Shown: positions 37,479-47,131 of the stretch, in pieces | How the letters are laid out: each line of letters opens with the position of its first letter | Numbering within the stretch: the first letter of the stretch is position 1 | NCBI GenBank assembly: GCA_014075275.1 | Contig: CP046179.1 | Location: 503,932 to 567,931 of the forward strand | Direction: 5' to 3' | Length of the DNA stretch: 64,000 nt | Origin: Boseongicola sp. | Lineage (GTDB): Bacteria > Pseudomonadota > Alphaproteobacteria > Rhodobacterales > Rhodobacteraceae | Translations under genes and position numbers: made by a program | Notes under the pieces: model-generated | Databases searched by the model: none | Told to the model about the DNA's origin: nothing | What the model saw: the letters and a program-made list of their open reading frames with translations, nothing else

Positions 37479-39227
37479 TCACTCGCCGGCGATGCGCTGT
37501 GCAGGATTGAAGCGCGTATTCTCGTCGATGGTGAATTGCCCGCGCTGAAGTTTTTGAATTTTGCCCTGGCGTAAAAGTTGACCGAACGAGCGCAAACCCG
37601 CTTCTCGGCTGACCTGAAGCGCCGGATCGACGCGAGCAACACGTTTCATAATTTCCGGGCGCGAGAAATGCGGCTGACCCTCGACAAAGGCCGTGTATGC
37701 AGCAGCGGCTTCTAATAAGTCAGGCAGTTCGACAGCACCCATCTTCGACGCAAAATCCTTAAAGTTGGCTGCCTTGGCTGCATCAACTTCGGGTTTTTCG
37801 ACACGTTTTGGATGTATTTCATCGTCGTTCGCAGGTTTGGAGTCGACACGCTGCGATGAGATTAAGACCAAGGGTGGAGGGCGCTTGGTTTTTGGTGCGG
37901 ACTGAGATTGAACGGGTTGCCGCGAAATAGCTTTGTTCAGGTCAGCGCGATAAGATTGCTGATCCTGCTTGTCCTGGTCTTCCGGCGACAGTTCATCAGC
38001 AAAGATACGCTCGGCTTTCTTGGCAGCTACAGCGGCGCGCATTTGTGAAATCAGGCGGCGACGTCGAATACCTTCGTCATTTTTGAGTTGATTGTCGGTT
38101 TCCTGAAGTAGACGACCAACATCCTCTCCTTCTTCTGCAATAGGTTGAAGTTGACTTGTGACGCGGCGCGCACGTGTTGGCAGGCCTTCTTCGGGATCTG
38201 CCAGGTCTTCCGGCTCTTCATTCGCAGCGTCCAGGCGTGATGTATCCACGTCACTGTGTAATTCGGTTGGTAAGTCTTCTTCAGGCTGATCTTCGGCGCC
38301 AAAGTCATCTTGTTCCGGGTCGCTGCTCTCAAAAAACGCAGCCACATCTTCCTGGTGATCATCGGTGTTCTCGCCAGATTCTCCGGCGACAATGTTGAGG
38401 ACATTGTCAAGTGTAGCATTGTCGTTAGGCGCTGTGCTCGAGTCAGGGTCCTCAAGATCTTCGCTGTCGTCGCTGTCGTCAATTTCGGCAGACGAGTCTG
38501 CTTCGGAGATCGGACCTGATTGATTCTGGGCATCTTCATCGTCGGCAAGATCTGCCGTGATTGCAGCTATGGTTTCGCTGAGCGCCCGGCTACGTGGATT
38601 TGGCGCGCCCATATCTGCATCGGCGGCGTTGCCCGATGCTGGCGCGTCACTAAAAGACGGGTCTTGTTCCTCTGGTTCAATGCTGCGCGAGACGACCGCT
38701 CGTATGCGGCGCAATTTTTCGGCAACGCTTTCAACCGGGGCGTCGCTGGCAACAGGTTCAGCAGCTGCATCGATGGTCAGCACATCTTCGGGCTCGTCCG
38801 CCATCAGAAAATCGTCGTCGAATGTCAGTGGCCCAGAATCCAATTTGACCGGATTGCGTGACGTATTGCGGGGCTTTGGCGATGGAACGACGGCTGGTTC
38901 CTCGGCAGTGGCCATGGAAGCGGACGGCGATTCTTTGATTTCGTCTTGAGCGGGCTCTGCCTCGGCTGCGTCTTCAACTTGTTGAAGCGACACGCCAGCA
39001 TCTCCAATCCGAGCCTCAACGCGGCGCTGGACTGCCTTTTGAGCGATGTTCTGCAACATCTCCACATCGGGTGTCGGTGGCTCGGCGCCAAAGTAACGGT
39101 CGTCGGCTGCCAGGTCGCGGAAATACTCGGCGATCCCGCGCATGGTGCCAAACGGATCGTCAAATCCTTCCAGCGTGCAGCTGAAAGTGCCATAGGACAC
39201 CGTAAGAATTTTGTTCGAACCAGTCAT
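37479..39227 (-). CDS. Highly acidic protein with conserved-looking termini and long low-complexity centre
   Basis: 582 aa. Structured-looking N-terminus (MTGSNKILTVSYGTFSCTLEGFDDPFGTMRGIAEYFRDLAADDRYFG), D/E/S/P/A-rich centre and a folded-looking C-terminal ~110 aa. Confidence 0.7.
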   Translation of the reverse strand: MTGSNKILTVSYGTFSCTLEGFDDPFGTMRGIAEYFRDLAADDRYFGAEPPTPDVEMLQNIAQKAVQRRVEARIGDAGVSLQQVEDAAEAEPAQDEIKESPSASMATAEEPAVVPSPKPRNTSRNPVKLDSGPLTFDDDFLMADEPEDVLTIDAAAEPVASDAPVESVAEKLRRIRAVVSRSIEPEEQDPSFSDAPASGNAADADMGAPNPRSRALSETIAAITADLADDEDAQNQSGPISEADSSAEIDDSDDSEDLEDPDSSTAPNDNATLDNVLNIVAGESGENTDDHQEDVAAFFESSDPEQDDFGAEDQPEEDLPTELHSDVDTSRLDAANEEPEDLADPEEGLPTRARRVTSQLQPIAEEGEDVGRLLQETDNQLKNDEGIRRRRLISQMRAAVAAKKAERIFADELSPEDQDKQDQQSYRADLNKAISRQPVQSQSAPKTKRPPPLVLISSQRVDSKPANDDEIHPKRVEKPEVDAAKAANFKDFASKMGAVELPDLLEAAAAYTAFVEGQPHFSRPEIMKRVARVDPALQVSREAGLRSFGQLLRQGKIQKLQRGQFTIDENTRFNPAQRIAGE

Positions 39228-39371
39228 GATTGGGTCGCTTTCTCCCCTGTTTCAGCAACTCTTTGTTTACCAAGGCAAAAGACAGAAATAGGAACGTTGG
39301 TGAGAAATTGACGGGATATTTTCGGGTCAGAATTGTGGCGGTCGGGCCGGGAAAGTTTAGGATAAACAGGC

Positions 39372-40031
39372 ATGATTGACGAGACGGTGCAGTATCAAGG
39401 TGGCGTTACGCTGGTTGGCGGGGGTGACCCTAGCGCCGAAAGTATTGAAGAATCGTTGAAAATTGCTCCTTTTCTGGTTGCGGCAGATGGTGGCGCTGAT
39501 CATGCGATCTTAGCTGGTTTCGAGCCGCTGGCAGTTATCGGTGATTTCGATTCGGTTTCGGCCCGAGTGCGCAGTCAGTTGCCAGATGCCAAATTCATCC
39601 ATGTCGCCGAACAGGAAAGCACAGATTTCGAGAAGTGTCTGGAGCGCATCCAGGCACCGTTTGTTTTGGCCACGGGGTTCACGTCTGGGCAGATTGACCA
39701 CACCCTGGCGGCGCTTTCCGTTTTGGTGCGTGGTGTCGGGCCGATTGCTATCATTTTCGATAACACAGATGTCATAGTCTCGGTTCCCCACAAGATCTCG
39801 TTGGAATTGCCCATCGGGATGCGGATGTCGCTTTTTCCGATGGGCCACGTCTCGGGGACTTCGGAAGGTTTGGAGTGGCCTGTCGCTGGTTTGGCGTTCG
39901 CGCCCGATGGTCGGGTCGGCACATCGAACCGTGTAACCGGACCTGTCGTTTTGGAGTTCGATAGTCCTGGAATGCTTGCTATTCTGCCGCGGGCGGCGCT
40001 TGCTGCGGTTGTTGCGAGCCTTTGCGACTGA
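39372..40031 (+). CDS. Thiamine diphosphokinase
   Basis: VAADGGADHA...AVIGDFDSVS...STDFEKC motifs of TPK. 219 aa. Confidence 0.8.
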   Translation: MIDETVQYQGGVTLVGGGDPSAESIEESLKIAPFLVAADGGADHAILAGFEPLAVIGDFDSVSARVRSQLPDAKFIHVAEQESTDFEKCLERIQAPFVLATGFTSGQIDHTLAALSVLVRGVGPIAIIFDNTDVIVSVPHKISLELPIGMRMSLFPMGHVSGTSEGLEWPVAGLAFAPDGRVGTSNRVTGPVVLEFDSPGMLAILPRAALAAVVASLCD

Positions 40032-40911
40032 CCGCGTTTTCACGCAACAGGATGTAGACGCCCGCTCCGATCGTTATGGCTATTCCCATCAGTGCGAGGC
40101 CATTGGGGAAATCGCGGAACACCAGCCATCCAAAAAACGCTGCGACCGGAATCTCTAAGTATTGAATAGGTGCCAACGTTGAGGCCGGTGCAAATCTGAG
40201 AGACCAGGTCATAACTAAGTGTGCGCCGGTTCCTAAGGTACCTAACGCCATCAAAAGCAGCCAATCTGAATTTTGCGGCATTTGAAATTGCAGGCCTGAA
40301 ATCTGAAGTGAACTTGCGACTATGATTAAGGGGACAAGAATGACCGTCGCTAAGGCTCCTGAAGTTGCCTGAAGAGTAATCGGATCAATTTCTTTTGCGA
40401 TCTGTCGAGTGACAAGAATAAACAGTGCGAAATCGACCGCAACCCCAAGTGGTAGAAGTGCAGGCCAACCCACTTCGGCAAAGCTGGGTTGGATGACAAA
40501 AAGTGTCCCGATGAACCCGACGCAACAAGCAATGATGCGACGGTGCCCAACTTCCTCGCCTAATACGAAATGTCCCAGCAGTAGCATGATAAAAGGCATT
40601 ACAAAGGCAATGGCCACCGCATCTGCCAAGGGCAGAAACTTCAGTGAAAGAAACATCAAGCCAATACCCACGATGTGCAAGAAGGTGCGAATTGTCGTCA
40701 GCCGCAACAGACGACCGTGCAAAACGAAAGATTGGCTGGTGTAGAGTACAATTGGTGTCAGAATAATTAGTTGAACAGCAAAACGAACTGTAACCAGAAT
40801 GCCGACGTCCAACCTTTGCCCAAGGAGTTTGGCGATCGAATCGCCCATCGGTGCAAGGACGCAAAACCCCAGCATTAAAAGTATGCCCAACACTGGTCTG
40901 TCCTGTGTCAT
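39979..40911 (-). CDS. DMT (EamA) family transporter
   Basis: 10 TM segments in two EamA repeats. The 3' end overlaps the convergent TPK gene by 53 nt. It is divergent from tpa. Confidence 0.8.
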   Translation of the reverse strand: MTQDRPVLGILLMLGFCVLAPMGDSIAKLLGQRLDVGILVTVRFAVQLIILTPIVLYTSQSFVLHGRLLRLTTIRTFLHIVGIGLMFLSLKFLPLADAVAIAFVMPFIMLLLGHFVLGEEVGHRRIIACCVGFIGTLFVIQPSFAEVGWPALLPLGVAVDFALFILVTRQIAKEIDPITLQATSGALATVILVPLIIVASSLQISGLQFQMPQNSDWLLLMALGTLGTGAHLVMTWSLRFAPASTLAPIQYLEIPVAAFFGWLVFRDFPNGLALMGIAITIGAGVYILLRENAVSRKGSQQPQQAPPAAE

Positions 40912-41027
40912 GCGATTAACTCTATGAGTTGCCGGTTGGAGCTTCGAGCGGAAATTGTGTTTCTGGAAATTTCACGGCAGACTGTCGCTGCGCAACAAAC
41001 TTGTTCGGCGCCCAGTGTGCGCCAGTT

Positions 41028-41060
41028 CTGGCTCTAAATTGCAAGACATTCTGGCCCTAT
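41028..41060 (+). promoter_or_regulatory. Direct-repeat pair CTGGCTCTAA / CTGGCCCTAT upstream of tpa (candidate TauR site)
   Basis: Two 10-mers 23 bp apart, 50-85 nt upstream of the tpa ATG. The same motif pairs occur upstream of tauR and xsc. Confidence 0.45.
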
Positions 41061-41111
41061 TCGCCGTATCGTGCCTCGGTCAGATTACAGTGGTTAGAGG
41101 AGGCTAAGCCC

Positions 41112-42491
41112 ATGTCTGTTACCCACGCTCAGAACGATCTTTCCGCTGTAATACAAGCGGACCGCGAACATCTTTGGCATCATCTGATTCAGCACAAGCC
41201 GTTCGAGACGAATGATCCGCGGATCATGGTCGAAGGCCGTGGGATGCGGGTTTGGGATGCGACGGGCAAAGAACATCTGGACGCGGTGTCTGGAGGGGTC
41301 TGGACTGTGAATGTAGGTTATGGCCGCGAGCGGATTGCTAACGCCGTGCGGGATCAGTTGATCCAGATGCCGTATTTTGCAAATTCTGCGGGCTCTATCC
41401 CAGGCTCGAAGTTTGCCGAAAAGCTGATCTCGAAGATGCCGGGGATGAGCCGGGTTTACTATACGAACTCTGGCTCTGAGGCGAACGAGAAAGCCTTCAA
41501 GATGGTGCGCCAGATTGCGCACAAGCGCTATGGCGGCAAAAAGCACAAGATATTGTTCCGTGAGCGCGACTATCACGGTTCGACAATCACGACCATGTCG
41601 GCGGGTGGCCAGCCCGAGCGGAATGCGCAGTATGGTCCATATACGCCTGGCTTTGTCGAAGTGCCGCATTGTCTGGAATACCGCGCCCAATGGGACACCG
41701 AGAACTATGGCGAGCGGGCCGCCGACGCCATCGAAGAAGTCATTTTGCGCGAGGGGCCGGATACGGTTGGGGCTCTTTGCCTGGAGCCGGTGACCGCTGG
41801 CGGCGGCGTTATTGTGCCTCCGGAGGGTTATTGGCCGCGCGTTCAGGAGATCTGCAAGAAATACGACATTCTGCTGCACATCGATGAAGTGGTATGCGGG
41901 GTAGGCCGAACAGGCACATGGTTTGGCTATCAGCATTACGGCGTGAAGCCGGACTTCGTGACCATGGCGAAGGGCGTCGCCTCTGGCTATGCCGCGATTG
42001 CTTGTATGGTGACGACGGAAGAGATCTTCGAAATGTTCAAATCGGACGCGAGTGATCCAATGAACTTCTTTCGCGATATCTCGACTTTTGGCGGCTGCAC
42101 GGCGGGTCCGGCGGCGGCGCTGGAGAATATGGCGATCATCGAGGAAGAAGAGCTGTTGGATAACACGACGGCAATGGGTGCCCGGTTGATCGACAATTTG
42201 CTGGCGTTGCAGGAAAAGCATCGGGTGATCGGCGAAGTGCGGGGCAAAGGATTGTTCTGCGGTGCTGAACTGGTTGCAGATCGAGCGACGAAGGAACCTG
42301 CTGACGAAAAGAAGGTCGCAGCGGTTGTCGCTGATTGTATGGGGCAAGGTGTAGTGATTGGAGCGACCAATCGGTCACTGCCAGGTTTCAACAACACATT
42401 GTGCTTTAGCCCAGCACTGATTTCGACGGCAGATGACATCGACGAGATCACCGGCGCGGTCGATCGGGCGTTGACCAACATCTTCAACTGA
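41112..42491 (+). CDS. tpa: Class III (omega) aminotransferase, probable taurine--pyruvate aminotransferase
   Basis: 459 aa. Class III hallmarks (SGSEANEKA, DEVVCGVGRTG). RBS agaggagg before ATG 41112. Its context with a MocR-type regulator, xsc and pta supports the call. Confidence 0.7.
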   Translation: MSVTHAQNDLSAVIQADREHLWHHLIQHKPFETNDPRIMVEGRGMRVWDATGKEHLDAVSGGVWTVNVGYGRERIANAVRDQLIQMPYFANSAGSIPGSKFAEKLISKMPGMSRVYYTNSGSEANEKAFKMVRQIAHKRYGGKKHKILFRERDYHGSTITTMSAGGQPERNAQYGPYTPGFVEVPHCLEYRAQWDTENYGERAADAIEEVILREGPDTVGALCLEPVTAGGGVIVPPEGYWPRVQEICKKYDILLHIDEVVCGVGRTGTWFGYQHYGVKPDFVTMAKGVASGYAAIACMVTTEEIFEMFKSDASDPMNFFRDISTFGGCTAGPAAALENMAIIEEEELLDNTTAMGARLIDNLLALQEKHRVIGEVRGKGLFCGAELVADRATKEPADEKKVAAVVADCMGQGVVIGATNRSLPGFNNTLCFSPALISTADDIDEITGAVDRALTNIFN

Positions 42492-42526
42492 TCGGAGATC
42501 GTCCAACGACTCTGATCGCCGATTTC

Positions 42527-42560
42527 GGGGCCGCGCGCAAAATGCGCGGCTCCTGCATTT
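42527..42560 (+). terminator. Possible terminator after tpa
   Basis: ggggccgcgc-gcaaaat-gcgcggctcc followed by tgcatttt. Confidence 0.45.
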
Positions 42561-42580
42561 TGGTGCGCTTGGCATCAGGG

Positions 42581-42610
42581 CTGGTCTATCCTGCTCGAAT
42601 CTGGCTATAT
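42581..42610 (+). promoter_or_regulatory. Direct-repeat pair CTGGTCTATC / CTGGCTATAT upstream of tauR
   Basis: Two 10-mers 20 bp apart, 30-60 nt upstream of ATG 42640. Confidence 0.4.
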
Positions 42611-42639
42611 AGTGATGCTACTATAAGGCCAGAAGCGTC

Positions 42640-44097
42640 ATGGCGATCTCTGAAGAAACTTTTTATCTTGATCCCGGCCACGAGGGAACTCTGCAAAAGC
42701 AGATTCAAACCATGGTGGCCGAAGGTGTCTTGTCAGGGCGATTTCGCCCTGGCGAACGATTGCCGTCGTCTCGCCGTCTAGCCAAGCATCTTGGTGTCAG
42801 TCGCATTACAGTCACACTTGCGTATTCGGAATTGCTTGCCGACGACTATCTGGCTTCTAAAGGGCGATCCGGTTACTTCATTTCTGACACAGCGCCGCGG
42901 CCTCGTATGCCGACCGAGCCGGCAAGTCGTGATGACGCGGTCGATTGGCCTCGTATGATTGGCACCCGTTGGAGTCAGGGGCCAAAGTTAGAAAAACCTG
43001 GCGATTGGCGGCGATTTCGTTACCCGTTCATTTATGGGCAAGCGGACGCGTCTCTTTTCGATCATCGAAACTGGAGACTCTGCGCTTTGCAGGCTTTGGG
43101 GCAACGTGACTTTGCCGCGATGACAGGAGACTACTTCGAGCGGGACGACCCGAAGCTGGTCGAATTTATTGCTCGTCACTCATTACCCCGGCGCGGAATA
43201 CTCGCGACTCCGGATCAGATATTGGTCACGTTGGGGGCTCAGAATGCACTTTGGCTTGCGGCACAGATCTTACTAACTCAGCGGCGCATGGCGGTTGTTG
43301 AAGCCCCTTGCTACCCGGGCTTGCGTGACATCCTTCAACAAACACGATGCAATGTTGTGTCGTTGCCTGTCGATGATGAGGGGCTTTTGGTAGATCACGT
43401 GCCAACAGAGGCGGACGTTGTCTTTGCGACGCCCAGCCACCATTGCCCCACCTCTGTCACCATGCCGGTTGCCCGCCGCCAAGCGCTTTTAGAACGGGCC
43501 AGCCGCGATAATTTTCTGGTCGTTGAAGACGATTACGAATTTGAGATGTCGTTTCTTGAGCCTCCATCGCCCGCGCTGAAGTCGTTGGATCGAGAGGGAA
43601 GGGTCATTCACATCGGCTCATTCTCCAAATCCTTGTTTCCGGGTTTGCGGCTCGGATATCTTGTGGGTTCTGCTCCCTTCATTCGAGAGGCGCGCGCCTT
43701 GCGGGCGACAATACTTCGCCATCCGCCGGGACATGTTCAAAGGACGGCTGCCTATTTTCTGTCGTTTGGGCATTATGATGCGTTGATCCGGCGCACGGCC
43801 AAAGCCTTTAAAGACCGGCGTGCGGTTATGGAGATGGCAATCCGTGAAAACGAGCTTGAAATCGCGGGCGGCGGCGAGGGCGGATCAAGTTTCTGGATGC
43901 GAGCACCGGAAGAAGTCGATTCCCGCGAACTGGCCCACACGCTGGCAGAACAAGGCGTGTTAATCGAAAGTGGAACATCATTCTTTCCTGGCGAAAATCC
44001 CCCGCGCAACTTTTATAGATTGGCGTATTCGTCAATTCCATCGGAGAGAATACCCGAGGGAATCGCTCTTGTCGCAAAGGCAATTCGTGGCGAGTGA
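42640..44097 (+). CDS. tauR: MocR-subfamily GntR regulator (HTH + aminotransferase-like domain), TauR-like
   Basis: N-terminal GntR wHTH (GERLPSSRRLAKHLGVSRITVTLAYSEL) plus a ~350-aa fold-type I PLP domain (SFSKSLFPGLRLGY). It is located between tpa and xsc. Confidence 0.75.
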   Translation: MAISEETFYLDPGHEGTLQKQIQTMVAEGVLSGRFRPGERLPSSRRLAKHLGVSRITVTLAYSELLADDYLASKGRSGYFISDTAPRPRMPTEPASRDDAVDWPRMIGTRWSQGPKLEKPGDWRRFRYPFIYGQADASLFDHRNWRLCALQALGQRDFAAMTGDYFERDDPKLVEFIARHSLPRRGILATPDQILVTLGAQNALWLAAQILLTQRRMAVVEAPCYPGLRDILQQTRCNVVSLPVDDEGLLVDHVPTEADVVFATPSHHCPTSVTMPVARRQALLERASRDNFLVVEDDYEFEMSFLEPPSPALKSLDREGRVIHIGSFSKSLFPGLRLGYLVGSAPFIREARALRATILRHPPGHVQRTAAYFLSFGHYDALIRRTAKAFKDRRAVMEMAIRENELEIAGGGEGGSSFWMRAPEEVDSRELAHTLAEQGVLIESGTSFFPGENPPRNFYRLAYSSIPSERIPEGIALVAKAIRGE

Positions 44098-44163
44098 TGT
44101 AATGTAGTCGTGTATTGATCTGGATTTCAAGCTGACTTCACCAAACGACCCAGGATTTGCCTA

Positions 44164-44196
44164 CTGGTTATAAAGTGGAAATCCAACTGGACCTAG
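44164..44196 (+). promoter_or_regulatory. Direct-repeat pair CTGGTTATAA / CTGGACCTAG upstream of xsc (plus CTGGATTTCA at 44120)
   Basis: Two 10-mers 23 bp apart, 55-90 nt upstream of the xsc ATG. Confidence 0.45.
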
Positions 44197-44251
44197 TGAA
44201 CCGCGCGGCGGGAACCTAGATAGACCCGGAACCCAACGGAGGGATGTACCC

Positions 44252-46018
44252 ATGAAAATGACCACTGAGGAAGCCTTTGTAAAAGTGCTTCAGCGCCACG
44301 GAATTAAAGATGCGTTCGGCATCATCGGTTCTGCAATGATGCCAATTTCGGATTTGTTCCCAACGGCAGGAATTAACTTCTGGGATTGTGCGCACGAAGG
44401 CTCGGCTGGCTTCATGGCAGACGGCTACACCCGTGTCAGCGGCGAGATGTCGATGATGATCGCGCAGAATGGTCCTGGTATCACCAATTTTGTGACACCG
44501 GTTAAGACCGCGTATTGGAACCACACGCCATTGCTTTTGGTCACACCGCAGGCTGCGAACAAGACCATGGGTCAGGGCGGCTTCCAGGAAGTCGAGCAGA
44601 TGAAATTGTTCGAGGACATGGTGGCCTATCAGGAAGAAGTTCGTGACCCGAGCCGTATTCCCGAAGTTCTGAACCGCGTTATTCTTCAGGCCAAACGCGC
44701 AAGTGCGCCTGCGCAAATTAACATCCCGCGTGATTACTGGACGCAGGTTATCGACGTCGATCTGCCGGCAATTGTTGAATTTGAACGTCCATCGGGTGGT
44801 GATGATGCCATTGCTGCTGCCGCCGACCTACTGTCGAGCGCCAAATTCCCCGTCATCCTGAATGGCGCTGGCGTTGTCCTTGCTGGTGCGATTCCGTCTT
44901 CTGCCGCCTTGGCAGAGCGTTTGGATGCACCGGTTTGTGTTGGCTATCAGCACAACGACGCATTCCCGGGTTCACATCCGCTGTTTGCCGGACCTTTGGG
45001 CTATAACGGTTCGAAGGCTGGTATGGAGCTGATTTCCAAAGCAGATGTCATTCTTGCACTGGGCACGCGCCTAAACCCGTTCTCGACTTTGCCTGGCTAT
45101 GGCATCGATTACTGGCCGCGCGACGCCAAGATCATTCAAGTCGACCTTAACCCTGACCGTATTGGTCTAACAAAAACTGTATCCGTGGGCATTGTTGGTG
45201 ACGCGAAAAAAGTTGCGGACGGCATATTGTCGAAACTGTCTGACGATGCGGGTGACGAGGGTCGGACTGAGCGCAAAGAGCTCATATCAAAGTCGAAGAC
45301 TTCCTGGGCGCAGCAATTGTCGTCGATGGATCACGAAGACGATGATCCGGGCACGAGCTGGAATCAACGTGCGCGTGACGCAAAGCCGGATTGGATGAGC
45401 CCGCGGATGGCATGGCGCGCTATTCAGGCAGGTCTGCCGAAAGATGCGATTATCTCATCGGATATCGGCAACAACTGTGCCATCGGTAACGCTTATCCGA
45501 CGTTTGAAGAGGGGCGGAAGTATCTTGCTCCGGGCCTGTTTGGGCCCTGTGGATACGGGCTTCCGTCGATTGTTGGCGCAAAGATTGGGCAGCCCAATGT
45601 GCCGGTTGTCGGGTTCTCGGGCGATGGTGCCTTCGGGATTGCGGTGAACGAGCTGACAGCGATTGGTCGGGGAGAATGGCCGCCAATCACGCAGATCGTT
45701 TTCCGTAACTATCAGTGGGGTGCCGAGAAGCGGAATACGACGCTTTGGTATCAGGACAACTTTGTTGGCACCGAGCTGGACGAGGGCGTGTCTTATGCTG
45801 GGATTGCAACGGCTTGTGGTTTGCAGGGTGTTGTCGCCCGGACCATGGAAGAACTGACCGAAGCGCTGCGTAAGGCGATTGACGATCAGATGAACCACGG
45901 CAAGACGACACTGATTGAAGCTATGATCAATCAGGAACTGGGCGAGCCATTCCGTCGGGATGCAATGAAAGCCCCAGTGGCCGTTGCTGGCGTTGATGGT
46001 GCTGACATGCGCGGCTGA
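44252..46018 (+). CDS. xsc: Sulfoacetaldehyde acetyltransferase (ThDP-dependent)
   Basis: 588 aa. N-terminus MKMTTEEAFVKVLQRHGIKDAFGIIGSAMMPISDLF and ThDP motif GDGAFGIAVNEL are typical of Xsc. It is linked to pta. Confidence 0.88.
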   Translation: MKMTTEEAFVKVLQRHGIKDAFGIIGSAMMPISDLFPTAGINFWDCAHEGSAGFMADGYTRVSGEMSMMIAQNGPGITNFVTPVKTAYWNHTPLLLVTPQAANKTMGQGGFQEVEQMKLFEDMVAYQEEVRDPSRIPEVLNRVILQAKRASAPAQINIPRDYWTQVIDVDLPAIVEFERPSGGDDAIAAAADLLSSAKFPVILNGAGVVLAGAIPSSAALAERLDAPVCVGYQHNDAFPGSHPLFAGPLGYNGSKAGMELISKADVILALGTRLNPFSTLPGYGIDYWPRDAKIIQVDLNPDRIGLTKTVSVGIVGDAKKVADGILSKLSDDAGDEGRTERKELISKSKTSWAQQLSSMDHEDDDPGTSWNQRARDAKPDWMSPRMAWRAIQAGLPKDAIISSDIGNNCAIGNAYPTFEEGRKYLAPGLFGPCGYGLPSIVGAKIGQPNVPVVGFSGDGAFGIAVNELTAIGRGEWPPITQIVFRNYQWGAEKRNTTLWYQDNFVGTELDEGVSYAGIATACGLQGVVARTMEELTEALRKAIDDQMNHGKTTLIEAMINQELGEPFRRDAMKAPVAVAGVDGADMRG

Positions 46019-46086
46019 TTTGTCTAGCAAGATTTTAAAGGTCAGCGTGCTTTTCGCTGGCCTTTTTCTTTTGGGCGAACAACACT

Positions 46087-47076
46087 TTGCAGATGATTGA
46101 AGATATTCTGAATAAAGCACGGGGTGCCAATGCGCATGTCGTTTTGTCCGAAGGCGAAGACCCACGCGTAGTCGAGGCTGGCCTGCGGGCCAGAGCCGAA
46201 GGAATTGCCCGGATCACCTTGGTTGGGCGGCCAGACATCATCGGCGATCTGGGTGGTGTCGATGGAATTTACGTCGCTGATCCAATGACTTCCGACAAGA
46301 CCGATGGATATGCCGAAGCCTATTTCCAGCTTCGACAACACAAAGGCATGTCGGAAGATGCCGCGTTAGCGAACGTGCAGAATCCTCTGGGATTTGCGGC
46401 CATGATGGTTCGGCAGGGTGATGCCGACGGAACGCTTGGTGGTGCAGTTGCGACGACGGCGGACGTCGTGCGTACGGCGTTGCAAATCATCGGTCGGGCC
46501 AAGGGCGTGGACGTGGTTTCGAGCTATTTCCTGATGCTGCTGAAATCGCCGTTTGATCGCCCAGTTGTGTTTTCTGACTGCGGATTGATTTTGCAACCAA
46601 CGGCAGAGGAATTGGCAAGCATTGCGATCGCGTCGTCGGAATCTTTGACGGCATTGACCGGACTGGAGCCAAAGGTCGCGATGTTGTCTTTTTCGACAAA
46701 GGGCTCGGTTCCAGTGCGTGCCCATGAGTCGTTGGAGCGCATTCAGGATGCCATGGATATCTTGGCTGAGCGGGCCCCGGACCTGGTTGTTGACGGCGAA
46801 CTACAGTTCGACGCTGCGCTCGTTCCGGATGTTGCCAGCAAGAAGGCACCGGAGTCTTCAATTGCAGGGGCGGCAAATGTATTGGTGTTCCCAAGCCTTA
46901 GCGCCGGAAATATCGGATACAAGATTGCACAGAGATTGGGAGGTGCGGTCGCGCTTGGCCCTATACTGCAAGGATTGAAGCGTCCCGCGAACGATTTGTC
47001 GCGCGGAGCAACTGCTGACGACATTTATCAAATGATTGCGATAACATCGGCCCAAACTGCCAATTCTGCGACTTGA
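46087..47076 (+). CDS. pta: Phosphate acetyltransferase (short form)
   Basis: 329 aa. VVLSEGEDPRV, SDCGL and ANVLVFPSLSAGNIGYKIAQRLGGA are PTA_PTB hallmarks. Confidence 0.9.
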   Translation: MQMIEDILNKARGANAHVVLSEGEDPRVVEAGLRARAEGIARITLVGRPDIIGDLGGVDGIYVADPMTSDKTDGYAEAYFQLRQHKGMSEDAALANVQNPLGFAAMMVRQGDADGTLGGAVATTADVVRTALQIIGRAKGVDVVSSYFLMLLKSPFDRPVVFSDCGLILQPTAEELASIAIASSESLTALTGLEPKVAMLSFSTKGSVPVRAHESLERIQDAMDILAERAPDLVVDGELQFDAALVPDVASKKAPESSIAGAANVLVFPSLSAGNIGYKIAQRLGGAVALGPILQGLKRPANDLSRGATADDIYQMIAITSAQTANSAT

Positions 47077-47131
47077 TCGCTGAAGAAAAACGTGATCGGG
47101 ATTGTTCGGAAATTTAACCGGAGAGTTGCCA

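Noticed and set aside
40929-41111. 61-codon N-terminal extension of tpa in the ORF track
   Set aside because: The extension is Cys-rich and non-conserved in appearance, and it overlaps the candidate TauR boxes. A strong RBS (agaggagg) precedes ATG 41112, where the aminotransferase homology begins.
41094-42347. 417-aa minus-strand ORF opposite tpa, and similar ones opposite xsc (45455-46165) and the J-domain gene (plus-strand 61808-62785)
   Set aside because: The opposite strands carry clear class III aminotransferase, ThDP-enzyme and J-domain signatures. The antisense translations lack any motif.
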